From: an uncultured Phycisphaerales bacterium
Lineage (GTDB): Bacteria > Planctomycetota > Phycisphaerae > Tepidisphaerales > Tepidisphaeraceae
DNA: 64,000 bases
Assembly: GCA_963758525.1 (NCBI GenBank)
Contig: CAVWVQ010000004.1
Coordinates: 64,001-128,000 of the forward strand
Direction of reading: 5' to 3'
Shown: one piece after another, positions 52,401 through 62,288 of the stretch
How the letters are laid out: every line of letters begins with the position of its first letter
Position numbering within the stretch: position 1 is the stretch's first letter
Position numbers and translations under genes: made by a program
The notes under the pieces: model-generated
What the model saw: the letters and a program-made list of their open reading frames with translations, nothing else
Told to the model about the DNA's origin: nothing
Database searches by the model: none

Positions 52401-52507
52401 GAACACGAATCGACACGAATTTCGCACGAATCTTCACGAAGAAGATTTCCCCGGTTTATTCGTGAGGATTCGTGCCCATTGGTGCCCATTGGTGCCCATT
52501 GGTGTTC
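52401..52507. repeat. Inverted 10-mer tandem arrays (CACGAAT / ATT(C/G)GTG)
   Basis: GAACACGAAT CGACACGAAT TTCGCACGAA.. versus ATTCGTGAGG ATTCGTGCCC ATTGGTGCCC ATTGGTGCCC ATTGGTGTTC. Confidence 0.82.
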
Positions 52508-52643
52508 CCTCTTCATGGATTCGCGGCGAATGTGGGAGATTGACAGCGCGTGTCCGAAGTCATTTAGGGGATGGGGTAACACGTAGAGACGGGTCGTCCA
52601 CCCCGGCGCAGCGGATAAAAATCGCTATGATCAACAGCACGCA

Positions 52644-53420
52644 ATGAACATCGCCTGCTGTCAATTCGATATCGCCTGGGAGCAGAAGCAGACGAACCAC
52701 GACCGCGTGGCCGGGATGCTCCGCGCTGCCGGACTTCCCGCCGGGAGTCTCGTGCTGCTCCCGGAGATGTTTGCCACGGGGTTCAGCATGAACGTTGCCG
52801 GCATTGATGACGGCCCGAACAACGCAACCCGGGAATTTCTCATCGGACTCAGTCGCGAGTTGAAGCTGAACATTCTTGCCGGCCTGGTTCGGACCGGATC
52901 CGACGGCGCCGGGCGCAATGAAGCGATCGCAGTTGATCCTGAGGGCAATGAGTCCGCCCGTTATCAGAAGCTGCACCCCTTCAGTTTCGGCGAAGAAAAC
53001 AAGCATTACACGCCGGGGAGCAAGGTCGTCACGTTTCGCTGGAACGGGTTGTGCGTCTGCCCGCTGATCTGTTACGACCTGCGCTTCCCCGAGCCGTTTC
53101 GCGCCGCGGTCAAGCGTGGCGCGGACTGTTTTGCGATCATTGCAAACTGGCCTTCGGCGCGCGAGCAGCACTGGGTCACGTTGCTGCAAGCCCGTGCCAT
53201 CGAAAACCAGGCGTATGTCGCCGCGGTGAATCGTTGCGGCAACGACCCGAAATCAACGTACTCCGGGCGCAGCCTCATTATCGACCCGCGCGGCAAGATC
53301 CTCGCCGACGCTGGTGATGGACCAGGCGTCATCTCGGTGGATATCGATCGTGCCGCGCTCCTTGCGTATCGCGCCCAATTTCCCGTGCTCAACGACATAA
53401 GGAACGACTATGCGCTCTGA
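52644..53420 (+). CDS. Carbon-nitrogen hydrolase (nitrilase/omega-amidase-like)
   Basis: LPEMF, Y.KLH, ICYDLRFPE catalytic E-K-C; ARAIENQ. Confidence 0.92.
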   Translation: MNIACCQFDIAWEQKQTNHDRVAGMLRAAGLPAGSLVLLPEMFATGFSMNVAGIDDGPNNATREFLIGLSRELKLNILAGLVRTGSDGAGRNEAIAVDPEGNESARYQKLHPFSFGEENKHYTPGSKVVTFRWNGLCVCPLICYDLRFPEPFRAAVKRGADCFAIIANWPSAREQHWVTLLQARAIENQAYVAAVNRCGNDPKSTYSGRSLIIDPRGKILADAGDGPGVISVDIDRAALLAYRAQFPVLNDIRNDYAL

Positions 53421-53429
53421 TGCTTCAGT

Positions 53430-53579
53430 GTGGCACGGGCATCTTGCCCGTGTTCGAGGCGCGGGTACGAAGAGAAACCCCGTTACAGAAGGTTTCTCTC
53501 TATTCCTGGACCGTCTGCACGAGCGCGACGCCGCCGTTTCGGCTCTCGCTTCAAATCACAGCCGAGACGGCCGTGCTAC
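53430..53579. repeat. GTGG/GTAG-type REP doublet
   Basis: GTGGCACGGGCATCTTGCCCGTG (53430-53452) and inverted CACAGCCGAGACGGCCGTGCTAC (53557-53579). Confidence 0.75.
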
Positions 53580-53624
53580 AGAGATGCCGTTCGATCCTGC
53601 TGTTATTACGCGGGTCCGCGAGTC

Positions 53625-54443
53625 ATGAGTCGAAAGCCCCGCCCGCCGCGCGACGCGTCGCGACGCTATCACGATCGCGTGGCCCGCCAATACGATTCGA
53701 TTTACGAAGACCCGTATTGGGAGTTTCACGACGAGCTCACCTGGCGGCTCATCAAGCCGTATCTCCCGACCGATCTTTCCGTCCCCTGCGCCGATCTGGG
53801 TTGCGGCACCGGCAAGTGGGGCCTGCGGCTGATCAAGAGCGGCTTTGCGGTAACGTTCGTCGACAACTCCGCGGCCATGATCGGCCAGGCGCGCGGCAAG
53901 CTCGACGAGATGGCAACCAAAGGCCAGCGCGGCACGGCGCTGGTTGCCGACATTGTCGATCTTGCAGCGATTCCCGACGAAAGCTTCGGTCTGGTGCTGG
54001 CGATGGGCGATCCGCTGTCGATCTGCTCGGACGCGTCGCGAGCCGCGCGCGAAATCCGCCGCATTCTGCGGCCCGCCGGGGTGGTGATCGCGACAGCCGA
54101 CAACCAGCTTGCGGCATTGGATCACTATGCCCAGCGCGGCAACCTCGATGAGCTGGAGGAATTCGTTCATCGCGGCACAACCCGCTGGCTCACCAACGAC
54201 GAACAGGAGCGCTTCGAACTGACGACCTTCACCCCCGCCTCGCTGCGGAAGCTTTTTGAGCACTCCGGTCTGACCGTTGAAAAGCTCACGGGCAAGCCGA
54301 TTCTCCCGGTGCGTCAATACAAAACATTGCTGGAGCAGCCCGGCGCCGTCGAGCGCCTGCTGCGGCTGGAAACAGAATTGAGCCGCGATCCCGCATCAGC
54401 GGCGCGAGCGGCGCATCTGCAGATCGTGGGAAGACGCGGGTGA
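53625..54443 (+). CDS. Class I SAM-dependent methyltransferase
   Basis: DLGCGTG, VDNS..M, R.LRPAG. ATG 53625 chosen because the upstream extension is REP DNA. Confidence 0.88.
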   Translation: MSRKPRPPRDASRRYHDRVARQYDSIYEDPYWEFHDELTWRLIKPYLPTDLSVPCADLGCGTGKWGLRLIKSGFAVTFVDNSAAMIGQARGKLDEMATKGQRGTALVADIVDLAAIPDESFGLVLAMGDPLSICSDASRAAREIRRILRPAGVVIATADNQLAALDHYAQRGNLDELEEFVHRGTTRWLTNDEQERFELTTFTPASLRKLFEHSGLTVEKLTGKPILPVRQYKTLLEQPGAVERLLRLETELSRDPASAARAAHLQIVGRRG

Positions 54444-54498
54444 TTTAGCGGGTTTGGTACACCCTTGGGAACTCGCGCGCGGTGAGTCTTCCCGAACG

Positions 54499-54520
54499 CC
54501 GAGGGTGCTTGCACCCTCGG
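54499..54520. terminator. Possible terminator hairpin between convergent genes
   Basis: CCGAGGGTGC-TT-GCACCCTCGG followed by ATTCTTATT. Confidence 0.45.
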
Positions 54521-54524
54521 ATTC

Positions 54525-56324
54525 TTATTCGTGCAGCGCCCCCAGATGCGCTTCTGCGACCTCCATCGCCTCGGCGTCGCTGTTCACAAACAAACCGCGA
54601 AGCTGTGCGTGGACGCGTTCGGCGGCGTGATGACAGAAGCGCTTGCCGGTGATGAGGTCGCGGCGAAGGTCGGGGTTGTGCCCGTTTCCGTCGGGGCCGA
54701 AGGCGATGAGCATTCCCTGCAGCTTGCTGATCACCGCCGCCGAGGCGTAGAGATCGGCGGCGCACCAGGCGACGCGCTCCTGGAGCAGTTGCATGTCGAG
54801 GATGCGTTCGCGATGCGTTCTCAGCAGCTTACTGATGGATCGCGCGAATGAGGTTGTCAGCTTGCCGAGCGTCTGTCCCTCGTGTGTCAGTTCGGAATGC
54901 AGCCCGGCGAAATCGTGTCCGATGAGAATGTCGTCCCACTGCCCGCGCGCGAAGTGCGCGAGGCGGCCGAAGTTGCCGACCGGATGCTTGGCCGCGCGCA
55001 GCACCTTCTCAAATTCTTCGCCGACGCCTTTCATCCCCACCAGCGCGATGAACGCGGTCATGACTTCGGTCGTCCCTTCGACGATGCGGTTGATCCGCGC
55101 GTCGCGGAGCATCCGCTCCAGACCGTGCTCGCGCATGTATCCCTCGCCGCCCCAGATCTGCACGGCATCGTCACTGATGCGCCAGAGCGCTTCGGAGCAG
55201 AAGAGTTTGGCGATCGCGGTTTCGAGCATCAGATCATCGGCATGCCGATCGACGAGGCCGGCGCAGAGATAGGTGAGCGCTTCCATCGCAAAAGTATCCT
55301 CGGCCATGCGGGCGATCTTCTGCTTGATGAGCTGAAACTCGCCGATGCTGCGGCCGAACTGACGGCGCGATTGCGCCCGATCGATGCACATTTCAAGCGC
55401 CACTTTGGCGCCGCCGACGCATCCTGCGCTGAGAGTGCATCGTCCGTAGCTCAGGACGCTCAAGGCAACCTTCAGCCCTTTTCCCACGCCGCCCAGGATC
55501 TGATCGGCCGGAACCGGCATGTCGGTGAATTCCAGGGTTCCCTGCCAAGTCCCGCGCACGCCGCACTTGCTCCGGTTGGGGCTCACGACGCGGAAGCCGC
55601 TCATGTGCGGATTGACGAGAAATGCCGTGACCTTGTCGCGCGTGCGGCCGTTCTCGGTGACGGATGTTTTTGCCATCACCGTCATCACTCCGGCGAGCGC
55701 CGAGTTGGTCGCGTACCGTTTGGTTCCGTTCAGCAGCCAGTGCGTCCCGTCGGCACTCCGTTTCGCGATGGTCTGAACGCCCGCCGCGTCCGATCCGACC
55801 TCCGGCTCGCTCAAACAAAACGCCGCCAGCATATCGCCGGATGCGAGCGACGGCAGATACCGCTGCTTCTGTTCCTCGGTTCCCATCAACACCAACGCCT
55901 TGAGGCCGATCGACTGATGAGCGCCCACCAGGACCGCCGTCGATGCGCAGTGTCCGGAGATGCGCTCCAGCACCCGGCAATACGCCGTGTGACTGAACCC
56001 GCCGCCGCCGTACTCTTTGGGAACGGTCATTCCCAGGACGCCGAGCTTTGCGAGCCCGCCAATCACATGTGGCGGAATGCGCTCCTCCGCATCGATCTGA
56101 TCCGCATTCACCTGGGCAACGAGAAATGCATCGACACGCGCGATCAACTCGTCGGTGCGCCGGGCCTCGTCTGCGTCCTGCATCGGATATGGCAAGACCT
56201 GATCCGATGACAGTCTTCCAAAAAAGATCGACTTCACGAAGCCCATCGGCCCCGATGGCGCGGATTCAAGAAGGTCCTGCGCTTTCTCAATCTGCTCCTG
56301 GTCGGCACGTTTGAAGGTTGGCAT
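54525..56324 (-). CDS. Acyl-CoA dehydrogenase (VLCAD/ACAD9-like)
   Basis: VPKEYGG, AHQSIG, AFCLSEPEVGSDA, R.QFG, QIWGGEGYM, RINRIVEGT. Confidence 0.92.
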   Translation of the reverse strand: MPTFKRADQEQIEKAQDLLESAPSGPMGFVKSIFFGRLSSDQVLPYPMQDADEARRTDELIARVDAFLVAQVNADQIDAEERIPPHVIGGLAKLGVLGMTVPKEYGGGGFSHTAYCRVLERISGHCASTAVLVGAHQSIGLKALVLMGTEEQKQRYLPSLASGDMLAAFCLSEPEVGSDAAGVQTIAKRSADGTHWLLNGTKRYATNSALAGVMTVMAKTSVTENGRTRDKVTAFLVNPHMSGFRVVSPNRSKCGVRGTWQGTLEFTDMPVPADQILGGVGKGLKVALSVLSYGRCTLSAGCVGGAKVALEMCIDRAQSRRQFGRSIGEFQLIKQKIARMAEDTFAMEALTYLCAGLVDRHADDLMLETAIAKLFCSEALWRISDDAVQIWGGEGYMREHGLERMLRDARINRIVEGTTEVMTAFIALVGMKGVGEEFEKVLRAAKHPVGNFGRLAHFARGQWDDILIGHDFAGLHSELTHEGQTLGKLTTSFARSISKLLRTHRERILDMQLLQERVAWCAADLYASAAVISKLQGMLIAFGPDGNGHNPDLRRDLITGKRFCHHAAERVHAQLRGLFVNSDAEAMEVAEAHLGALHE

Positions 56325-56433
56325 GGTGTTCTCCTGGCTCGATGAACCCGAATTGCCGGGGTACCGGCAAAGCGGGTTCATGAAACGATTCCTGCCGGGA
56401 CGCGCAGCGGAGCGCGTCGGACGGCGCTGTTTT

Positions 56434-58920
56434 TCATAGGACCGCTCGCCCTTCCACGGGCTCCGTGCGCGTTCCGCTGCGCATCGCGGCTAACCTTGGG
56501 TTCGATATCGTGTTCCCGCTTGACGGACCTGCCGACAGCGGCTGATTTCGCGTGGCGCACTCCCGCAACAGCGCTGCTGGCGCAAATCGGGATCCGAACT
56601 GTTTCTCCAGTGCTTCGAGTTTCTCGATCACCAGAGGGAGGCCCACCGCGTTGGCAAATTGAATCAACCCGCCACGGAACGGGGCGAGCCCGAGGCCCAG
56701 GACCGTTGCGAGGTCGATCGTCTCGGTGGAATCCGTGACATTTTCCTGCAGGACGCGAGCAGCTTCGTTGACCATCGGAAGCACCAGCCGCCAGGCGATC
56801 GCTTCATTCTCCTGCCTGTGGCTGGTGGCGGTGTCAGGACGCTGAACCGAAGCTGGTTCTTGAGTAATTTGCGAGTTCTGCAATCCCTCGGGAAAGCCGC
56901 CGCGCCGGCCCTCCCCCAGAGTACTACTGGGACATTCCATCTGAATTTGCGGGTCGGTCTCCTGTAGGGCGGGATTCATCCCGCCGTGGCCTGTGGTCTT
57001 ACAAAAGGCGCGGCGGGATAAATCCCGCCCTACGTTGTCCACCCGCATTTTCGACGGGAATGAACCGCTAGGGGAGGGGGAAGCCGGGGGTTGACCATCC
57101 GGCGGGGCGCTGGCCATCAGCGCCTGCTGAAGTTCCGCGTTGACTGTCAGCGGGTGCCCATGCGCGTGTTTTGCATCGTGCTCGTAAAATCCGCGGCCGG
57201 CTTTGTCGCCGAGCCAGCGGCGTTCGAGTGCCAGTTGAAGGGCAGGTGGCATTGGCGGCGGGTTGCGCAAGACGCTCCCAAGGGTTGCCAGCACGTGAGC
57301 CGCGACGTCGAGTCCGATCGTGTCGAGCAATTCGAAAGGCCCCATCGGCATGCCCCACTGCTTGAGCGCGGCGTCGATTCGATCGATGGGAACGCCTTCG
57401 CCTGCGACGGCCAGCGCCTCGGCGAGATAGGGGATCAGCACGCGATTGACGAGAAATCCGGGCGCATCCCGCACCAACACGGGCGTTTTACCCAACCGGC
57501 CCGCCAGCGTGGCGGCCGTCGCCAGCGGCTCTTCCCGGCTCTGGACGGTTCGCACGACTTCGACGAGCGGCATCTTCGCGACTGGATTGAAAAAATGCAG
57601 ACCGATCACGCGCTCCGGGTGCGCGGTGCTGCTGGCTATCTCCGTCACGCTCAGCGAACTGGTGTTGGTCGCGAGCACGGCGTCGGGCCGGGTCAGACGA
57701 TCCAGCTTCGCGAAGACTTCCTTCTTGGCTGGCATCTCTTCGAGGACGGCTTCGATGACCACATCCGCCAGGTGCAGTCCCGTCCAGTCGGTGCACGGCG
57801 CGACGCGGTTCATGGCGTTGCGTGCCGCCACGCGATCGAGCCGGCCGGCGGAGACATCATCGTCGAGCAGGCGTTTCACCCGCGCCAGACCCGCCGATGC
57901 GGCTTTGGCGTTCACTTCAACCAGCCGAACGTCGATCCCGGCACGCGCCAGCGCATGCACGATTCCCGCGCCCATCGTTCCGCCGCCAATCACGGCCGCC
58001 CGCTTCACCTCCGCCGGCCTGGCTCGCAATTGATCGGCGATCAGCCGCTTGGCGCCTTGTTTGAGGAAAAAGAGGCGAATCAGGTTTTGGCAGGTGTCAG
58101 TCTGCATTAGGTCAATTACCGCGGCGCGCTCCGCGTCGAAGCCGGCCATTTCTCCGTCGCGACAGGCGATTTGCACGACGTCGATCAGCCGCATGGGAGC
58201 GGGATAATGCCCCAGCGTCGTCGCGAGCGTTTCCCTGCGAGCGCGAGCCAAAATCTTGTTGCGAACGAACGGCATGCGCGCCGCGGTGTGATCCATCAGC
58301 GACAGACGCCGGTTGGGCCGCTCGCCCATCACGCGCCGCTTCGCCGCCGCGAGCAGTGCTTCGGGACGAACCACTTCGTCGACAATTCCCGCGCGCAGCG
58401 CCTTCTTCGGCGGCATGGTCTTGCCGGCGAGCAGCAACGGCAGAGCGCGCGTCAGTCCGATCAGGCGCGGCAAGCGCACCGTTCCGCCCCAGCCCGGCAG
58501 AATCCCGAGCTTCACTTCCGGCAAACCGATAGCGATCGAGGTATCCGCCGCCGCGATGCGCATGCTGCACGCCAGCGACAGTTCCAGCCCACCTCCCAGG
58601 CAATCTCCGTTGATTGCCGCGACCGTGGGCATCGGCAGATTCGCAATCCGCGAGAAGAGCGACTGCCCCTCGGCCAGAAACTGGGCCATCTGCTCTCGAT
58701 CCATCTTGCGGATCTCAAACAGATCGGCGCCGGCGATGAACGAGCGATTTTTCCCGGAGGCAAAGATCAACCCATGCGGCCCATCGCGCTCGACCTGGTC
58801 GAGGGCGACATTCAATTCCGCCATCACGCGAGGAGACAGCGTGTTGACGCCTTTGGCCGGTACGTCAATCCAGATCGTTGTGATCCAGTCGGAGTCAGTT
58901 GTCATGCGGAGCGTTTCCAT
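56434..58920 (-). CDS. fadJ: Multifunctional enoyl-CoA hydratase / 3-hydroxyacyl-CoA dehydrogenase (FadJ/FadB-like) with an in-frame repeat-derived insertion
   Basis: FIAGAD, GGGLEL, LPEVKLG; GGGTMGAG, NTSSL, HFFNP..LVE, PGFLVNR, PMGPF. An extra ~90 aa lies before IAWRLVLPMVNEA. Confidence 0.9.
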   Translation of the reverse strand: METLRMTTDSDWITTIWIDVPAKGVNTLSPRVMAELNVALDQVERDGPHGLIFASGKNRSFIAGADLFEIRKMDREQMAQFLAEGQSLFSRIANLPMPTVAAINGDCLGGGLELSLACSMRIAAADTSIAIGLPEVKLGILPGWGGTVRLPRLIGLTRALPLLLAGKTMPPKKALRAGIVDEVVRPEALLAAAKRRVMGERPNRRLSLMDHTAARMPFVRNKILARARRETLATTLGHYPAPMRLIDVVQIACRDGEMAGFDAERAAVIDLMQTDTCQNLIRLFFLKQGAKRLIADQLRARPAEVKRAAVIGGGTMGAGIVHALARAGIDVRLVEVNAKAASAGLARVKRLLDDDVSAGRLDRVAARNAMNRVAPCTDWTGLHLADVVIEAVLEEMPAKKEVFAKLDRLTRPDAVLATNTSSLSVTEIASSTAHPERVIGLHFFNPVAKMPLVEVVRTVQSREEPLATAATLAGRLGKTPVLVRDAPGFLVNRVLIPYLAEALAVAGEGVPIDRIDAALKQWGMPMGPFELLDTIGLDVAAHVLATLGSVLRNPPPMPPALQLALERRWLGDKAGRGFYEHDAKHAHGHPLTVNAELQQALMASAPPDGQPPASPSPSGSFPSKMRVDNVGRDLSRRAFCKTTGHGGMNPALQETDPQIQMECPSSTLGEGRRGGFPEGLQNSQITQEPASVQRPDTATSHRQENEAIAWRLVLPMVNEAARVLQENVTDSTETIDLATVLGLGLAPFRGGLIQFANAVGLPLVIEKLEALEKQFGSRFAPAALLRECATRNQPLSAGPSSGNTISNPRLAAMRSGTRTEPVEGRAVL
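56909..57080. repeat. Nested palindromic element inside fadJ
   Basis: Inner GTAG REP doublet 56964-57033; middle IR 56933-56957 / 57039-57062; outer CCCTCCCC / GGGGAGGG arms at 56909-56917 and 57071-57080. Confidence 0.85.
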
Positions 58921-58935
58921 TTCAGACTCCCGTGT

Positions 58936-60228
58936 TTAACTTCCCCGCTCCAACAAGATCGCCGCGCCCTGGCCGCCGCCGACGCAGAGGGCGGCGATGC
59001 CGCGCTCCAGATTGCGGCGGCGCATTTCGTGGAGCATTGTCAGGACGATTCGCGCGCCGGTCGCGCCGACTGGATGGCCCAGCGCGATCGCTCCGCCGTT
59101 GACGTTGAGCTTTGCCGGGTCGATTTCGCCCAGCGCCTCGTCCCGATTGAGATGTTCAACGGCAAATCGCGTAGAGCCACATGCCTTGAGGCAAGCCAGC
59201 ACTTGCGCGGCGAATGCCTCATTGATTTCGAACAGTGGAATATCCGCGACCGTGAGTCCGCTTTCGCGGAGCAACTGGTCGATCGCGTAGACCGGGCCGA
59301 GTCCCATGCGCGAGGGGTCGAGTCCCACGTAGGCGTACCCGCTGACGAAGCCGAGGACCTCGCTCCCGTTGGCTCGCGCCGCCTCGGCGTCGGCCAGAAG
59401 AAGCGTCGCCGCGCCGTCGGTGATCTGGCAGGAGTTGCCGACGGTGACAGTGCCGTCGCGACGATCGAAGATCGGCTTCAGCTTCGCCAGCGCCTCCAAC
59501 GTCTGACCCGGCCGGGGTCCGGTGTCGGCTGTGACCGGAGTGAAGCGATCGCCCGCGTAAAACGTGAACATCTCCGCGTCGAATTTTCCTGCTTCGGCGC
59601 CTTCCACAGCTCGCTGATGCGAGCGAAGCGCATATTCGTCCTGTTCGAGCCGGGTGATGCCCCATTCCTGAGCGAGCAACTCGGCGGTCTTTCCCATAAT
59701 CATGTCGCAGGTGGGATCAGTGAGCCCAAGCTCGAGGCCGGCGATCGGACGGAAGTGCCGGGGCCGCAGCATCGTTGCCGCCGACGCTTTTTGCATGAAG
59801 CTTTTCGCGCGGCCGAGCTGCGCCATGGGCTCCATCGTTTCGGCGGGGAAGAGCAGCGGAATATTGCTCATCGATTCGGCGCCTCCGGCAAGGATCGCCC
59901 TGCCGCGGCCGGTGCGGATGCGAGCAGCGGCTTCGGCGATCGCTTCCATTCCCGACGCGCAGTTGCGCTGCATCGTCAAACCCGGCACGCGCACCGGCAC
60001 GCCCGCCCAGATTGCCGCGACGCGTGCGAGATTCGCCGCGTCCACGGGCATCACGACGTTGCCGAGTATGACTTCGTCCAGGTCATCCGCAGGCCAGTTG
60101 GCGCGATAAAGCGTCTCTTGAATCGCCCGCTTCCCAAGGTCCGCGGCGTGAACCTCTTTGAGGGCTCCGCCGGATTTGGCGAACGGAGTTCGCGCGCCGC
60201 TGAGAATCGCCACGCGTCGATCGGACAT
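58936..60228 (-). CDS. fadI: Acetyl-CoA C-acyltransferase (thiolase, FadI/FadA-like)
   Basis: RTPF, NCASG, NSCQITDGA, EINEAFA, GHPVGATG, CVGGGQG. Confidence 0.9.
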   Translation of the reverse strand: MSDRRVAILSGARTPFAKSGGALKEVHAADLGKRAIQETLYRANWPADDLDEVILGNVVMPVDAANLARVAAIWAGVPVRVPGLTMQRNCASGMEAIAEAAARIRTGRGRAILAGGAESMSNIPLLFPAETMEPMAQLGRAKSFMQKASAATMLRPRHFRPIAGLELGLTDPTCDMIMGKTAELLAQEWGITRLEQDEYALRSHQRAVEGAEAGKFDAEMFTFYAGDRFTPVTADTGPRPGQTLEALAKLKPIFDRRDGTVTVGNSCQITDGAATLLLADAEAARANGSEVLGFVSGYAYVGLDPSRMGLGPVYAIDQLLRESGLTVADIPLFEINEAFAAQVLACLKACGSTRFAVEHLNRDEALGEIDPAKLNVNGGAIALGHPVGATGARIVLTMLHEMRRRNLERGIAALCVGGGQGAAILLERGS

Positions 60229-60295
60229 GTTCCAGGCCACCATTTTGCTGCTCCTCTTCACATGCGGGACAACGGCTTCCGACGATCAAAAACCA

Positions 60296-60335
60296 CCCTC
60301 ACCCCGACCCTCTCCCGGAGTACCAGGAGAGGGGG
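60296..60335 (+). repeat. CCCTCACCCC-type REP unit
   Basis: CCCTCACCCCGACCCTCTCCCGGAGTACCAGGAGAGGGGG. Confidence 0.8.
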
Positions 60336-60344
60336 CAGGAGAGT

Positions 60345-62219
60345 TCACGAGTTCAAACGCGCCTCCGTATCTCCGTGCCTCCGTGGTGAACTCTTCTTGT
60401 GAGCACCGTTGCCATTCCCATTTCCGTTGACATTTGCAGCGGCGAGAGGCTCGACAAGCAGATCCTTCTTCAATAATTTCCCCAGCGGCGAGCGCGGCAG
60501 CGAGTCGATAAACCGAAATTCCGCCGGCACTTCGTAGGGCGCCAGATGCTCGCGGCAAAGATTGCGCAGGTCGCGCTCGAGCGCGTCGCGCCGATCCGCC
60601 GGCACTGCGCTGACGACGAAGGCGACGACTGTTTGCGTATGCACGATGTCGTCGCGCCCGACGACGGCTGCCTCGATCACGCCGGGGTGCGACTGCAGCA
60701 CTTTCTCGACGCGGCCGGGGAAAATCTTCAGACCGGAGCGAATGATCATGTCCTTCTTCCGATCGAGGATGACGAAATAGCCGTCCGGCTGCATGAGCGC
60801 CACGTCGCCGGTGTGCAGCCAGGTGCGCCCGTCGGGATCGACGGTGAGTGCGCGGCGGGTTTGCTCGGCATCACCGTAGTACCCGCGCATGACTTGGGGA
60901 CCGCTGATGAGCAGTTCGCCGGGCTCTCCGGCGGGCATCTCATGGTCGGGCTGCTCGGGATCGATAATTCGACATTGCGTATCCGGCATCGGCAGCCCGA
61001 TGGTGCCGTGACGCGACCCGCTGGCGAGATTCGCGTGCGTGACCGGAGAGGCCTCGCTGAGGCCGTACCCCTCGAAGACCTTCGATCCGGTGAGCTTCTC
61101 AAATCGCTCGGCAATTGCGATCGGGAGCGGCGCGGCGCCGCTGATGCAGATGCGCAATCCCTTCAAGCCGCGCGGTTGTTCTTCCTTCTCGATTTCATTG
61201 CTCAGCGCATCGCAAATGGCCGGGACCAATGGGAAGATCGTCGGACGCTCGCGGCGCAGCGTCTCCAGCGTTTCCTCGGCGCCGAAACGGGTCAGCAGCA
61301 CCAGCCGCGCCCCTGAGAAAATGCCGCTGAGCAGGCCGGTCGTCAGGCCGTAAACGTGAAACATCGGAAGGACGGTGAGGATCGTCTCCTGGCCCGGCTG
61401 GATCTTCATCCAGACGCAAATCTGCATCGCATTGGCCAGCAGATTGCGGTGGGAAAGCTCTGCGAGCTTTGGAGTGCCGGTCGTTCCGCCGGTGGGTTGC
61501 AACACCGCGGTGTCGTCCGGATCGGAAATGATTGTCGGCGGGCGCGCGGGAGCCTGCTCCAGCAGGCTGCTCAGTGTGTGGTGCCCAGCCGTGCCGCTGT
61601 GCCTTTCGCGTTCGTGCCACAGCTTGAATTGATAGCCGAGGCGTTTGAAGACGCCCTGGTAGTTCTGCAGGGAGACCCAGACAAATTGTTCGATGCTGGT
61701 ATTTTGGCCGATGCGATCGAGCGATTTCGCCTGCAGGTCCAGCCCGATGACAGCGCGCGGCCTGGTGATCTTGATGAGATGGGCCAGATCATCCGACCCG
61801 ACGAGCGGGCCGGCGTTAACAACGACCGCGCCAAGTTTTTGAATCGCGAAAAAACTGGTGACGTATTGCGGGCAATTGGGAAGCGTCAGCAGGACGCGAT
61901 CGCCCTTCTCGACGCCGAGCGAAGCAAGTCCGCCCGCCAGGCGATTCACGCGTTCCAGCAGTTGGCGGTAGTTGAATCGTTCGTTGTGATAAGCGATTGC
62001 CGATGAATCGCCGAAGCGATCGGCGGTCTGATCGAGGATGCGGCAGAGGGTTGTCGAAGGGTAGTTGAGTGAACGGGGGATCTGCGCCGCATCCAGGCTG
62101 GCGAACCACGCCGGCTCGGGGGCCGGCGCGGGATGTGGAGGCTCGGGAAACTGCGGCTGCACGGAAAGCAGGTGTTCGCCGTTTCTCCACCACCGCAGGA
62201 CTGAATCCACCGCCGTCAT
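60345..62219 (-). CDS. fadD: Long-chain fatty acid--CoA ligase
   Basis: TGGTTGTPK, LPMFHVYG, EGYGLSEASP, LHTGD, DRKKDMI, PRSPLGKLLK. Confidence 0.9.
   Translation of the reverse strand: MTAVDSVLRWWRNGEHLLSVQPQFPEPPHPAPAPEPAWFASLDAAQIPRSLNYPSTTLCRILDQTADRFGDSSAIAYHNERFNYRQLLERVNRLAGGLASLGVEKGDRVLLTLPNCPQYVTSFFAIQKLGAVVVNAGPLVGSDDLAHLIKITRPRAVIGLDLQAKSLDRIGQNTSIEQFVWVSLQNYQGVFKRLGYQFKLWHERERHSGTAGHHTLSSLLEQAPARPPTIISDPDDTAVLQPTGGTTGTPKLAELSHRNLLANAMQICVWMKIQPGQETILTVLPMFHVYGLTTGLLSGIFSGARLVLLTRFGAEETLETLRRERPTIFPLVPAICDALSNEIEKEEQPRGLKGLRICISGAAPLPIAIAERFEKLTGSKVFEGYGLSEASPVTHANLASGSRHGTIGLPMPDTQCRIIDPEQPDHEMPAGEPGELLISGPQVMRGYYGDAEQTRRALTVDPDGRTWLHTGDVALMQPDGYFVILDRKKDMIIRSGLKIFPGRVEKVLQSHPGVIEAAVVGRDDIVHTQTVVAFVVSAVPADRRDALERDLRNLCREHLAPYEVPAEFRFIDSLPRSPLGKLLKKDLLVEPLAAANVNGNGNGNGAHKKSSPRRHGDTEARLNS
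60362..60390 (+). repeat. Octamer array (C/T)CTCCGT(A/G) within the 3' end of fadD
   Basis: CCTCCGTA TCTCCGTG CCTCCGTG GTGAA. Confidence 0.7.
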
Positions 62220-62288
62220 GGGCAAGCTCCTGTTCGAAACCGCCCTTCCCTGAGCTGTCGCTACGCCATTTGCGGAACCCTTTCCCTG

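Noticed and set aside
52401..52507. Repeat arrays as a possible CRISPR
   Set aside because: Units are 10 bp and contiguous with no unique spacers, and no cas genes are present. The same applies to the arrays at 1277-1678, 2258-2393 and 7763-7810.
53430..53624. N-terminal extension of the methyltransferase
   Set aside because: It is composed of REP doublet DNA; ATG 53625 gives a normal-length domain.
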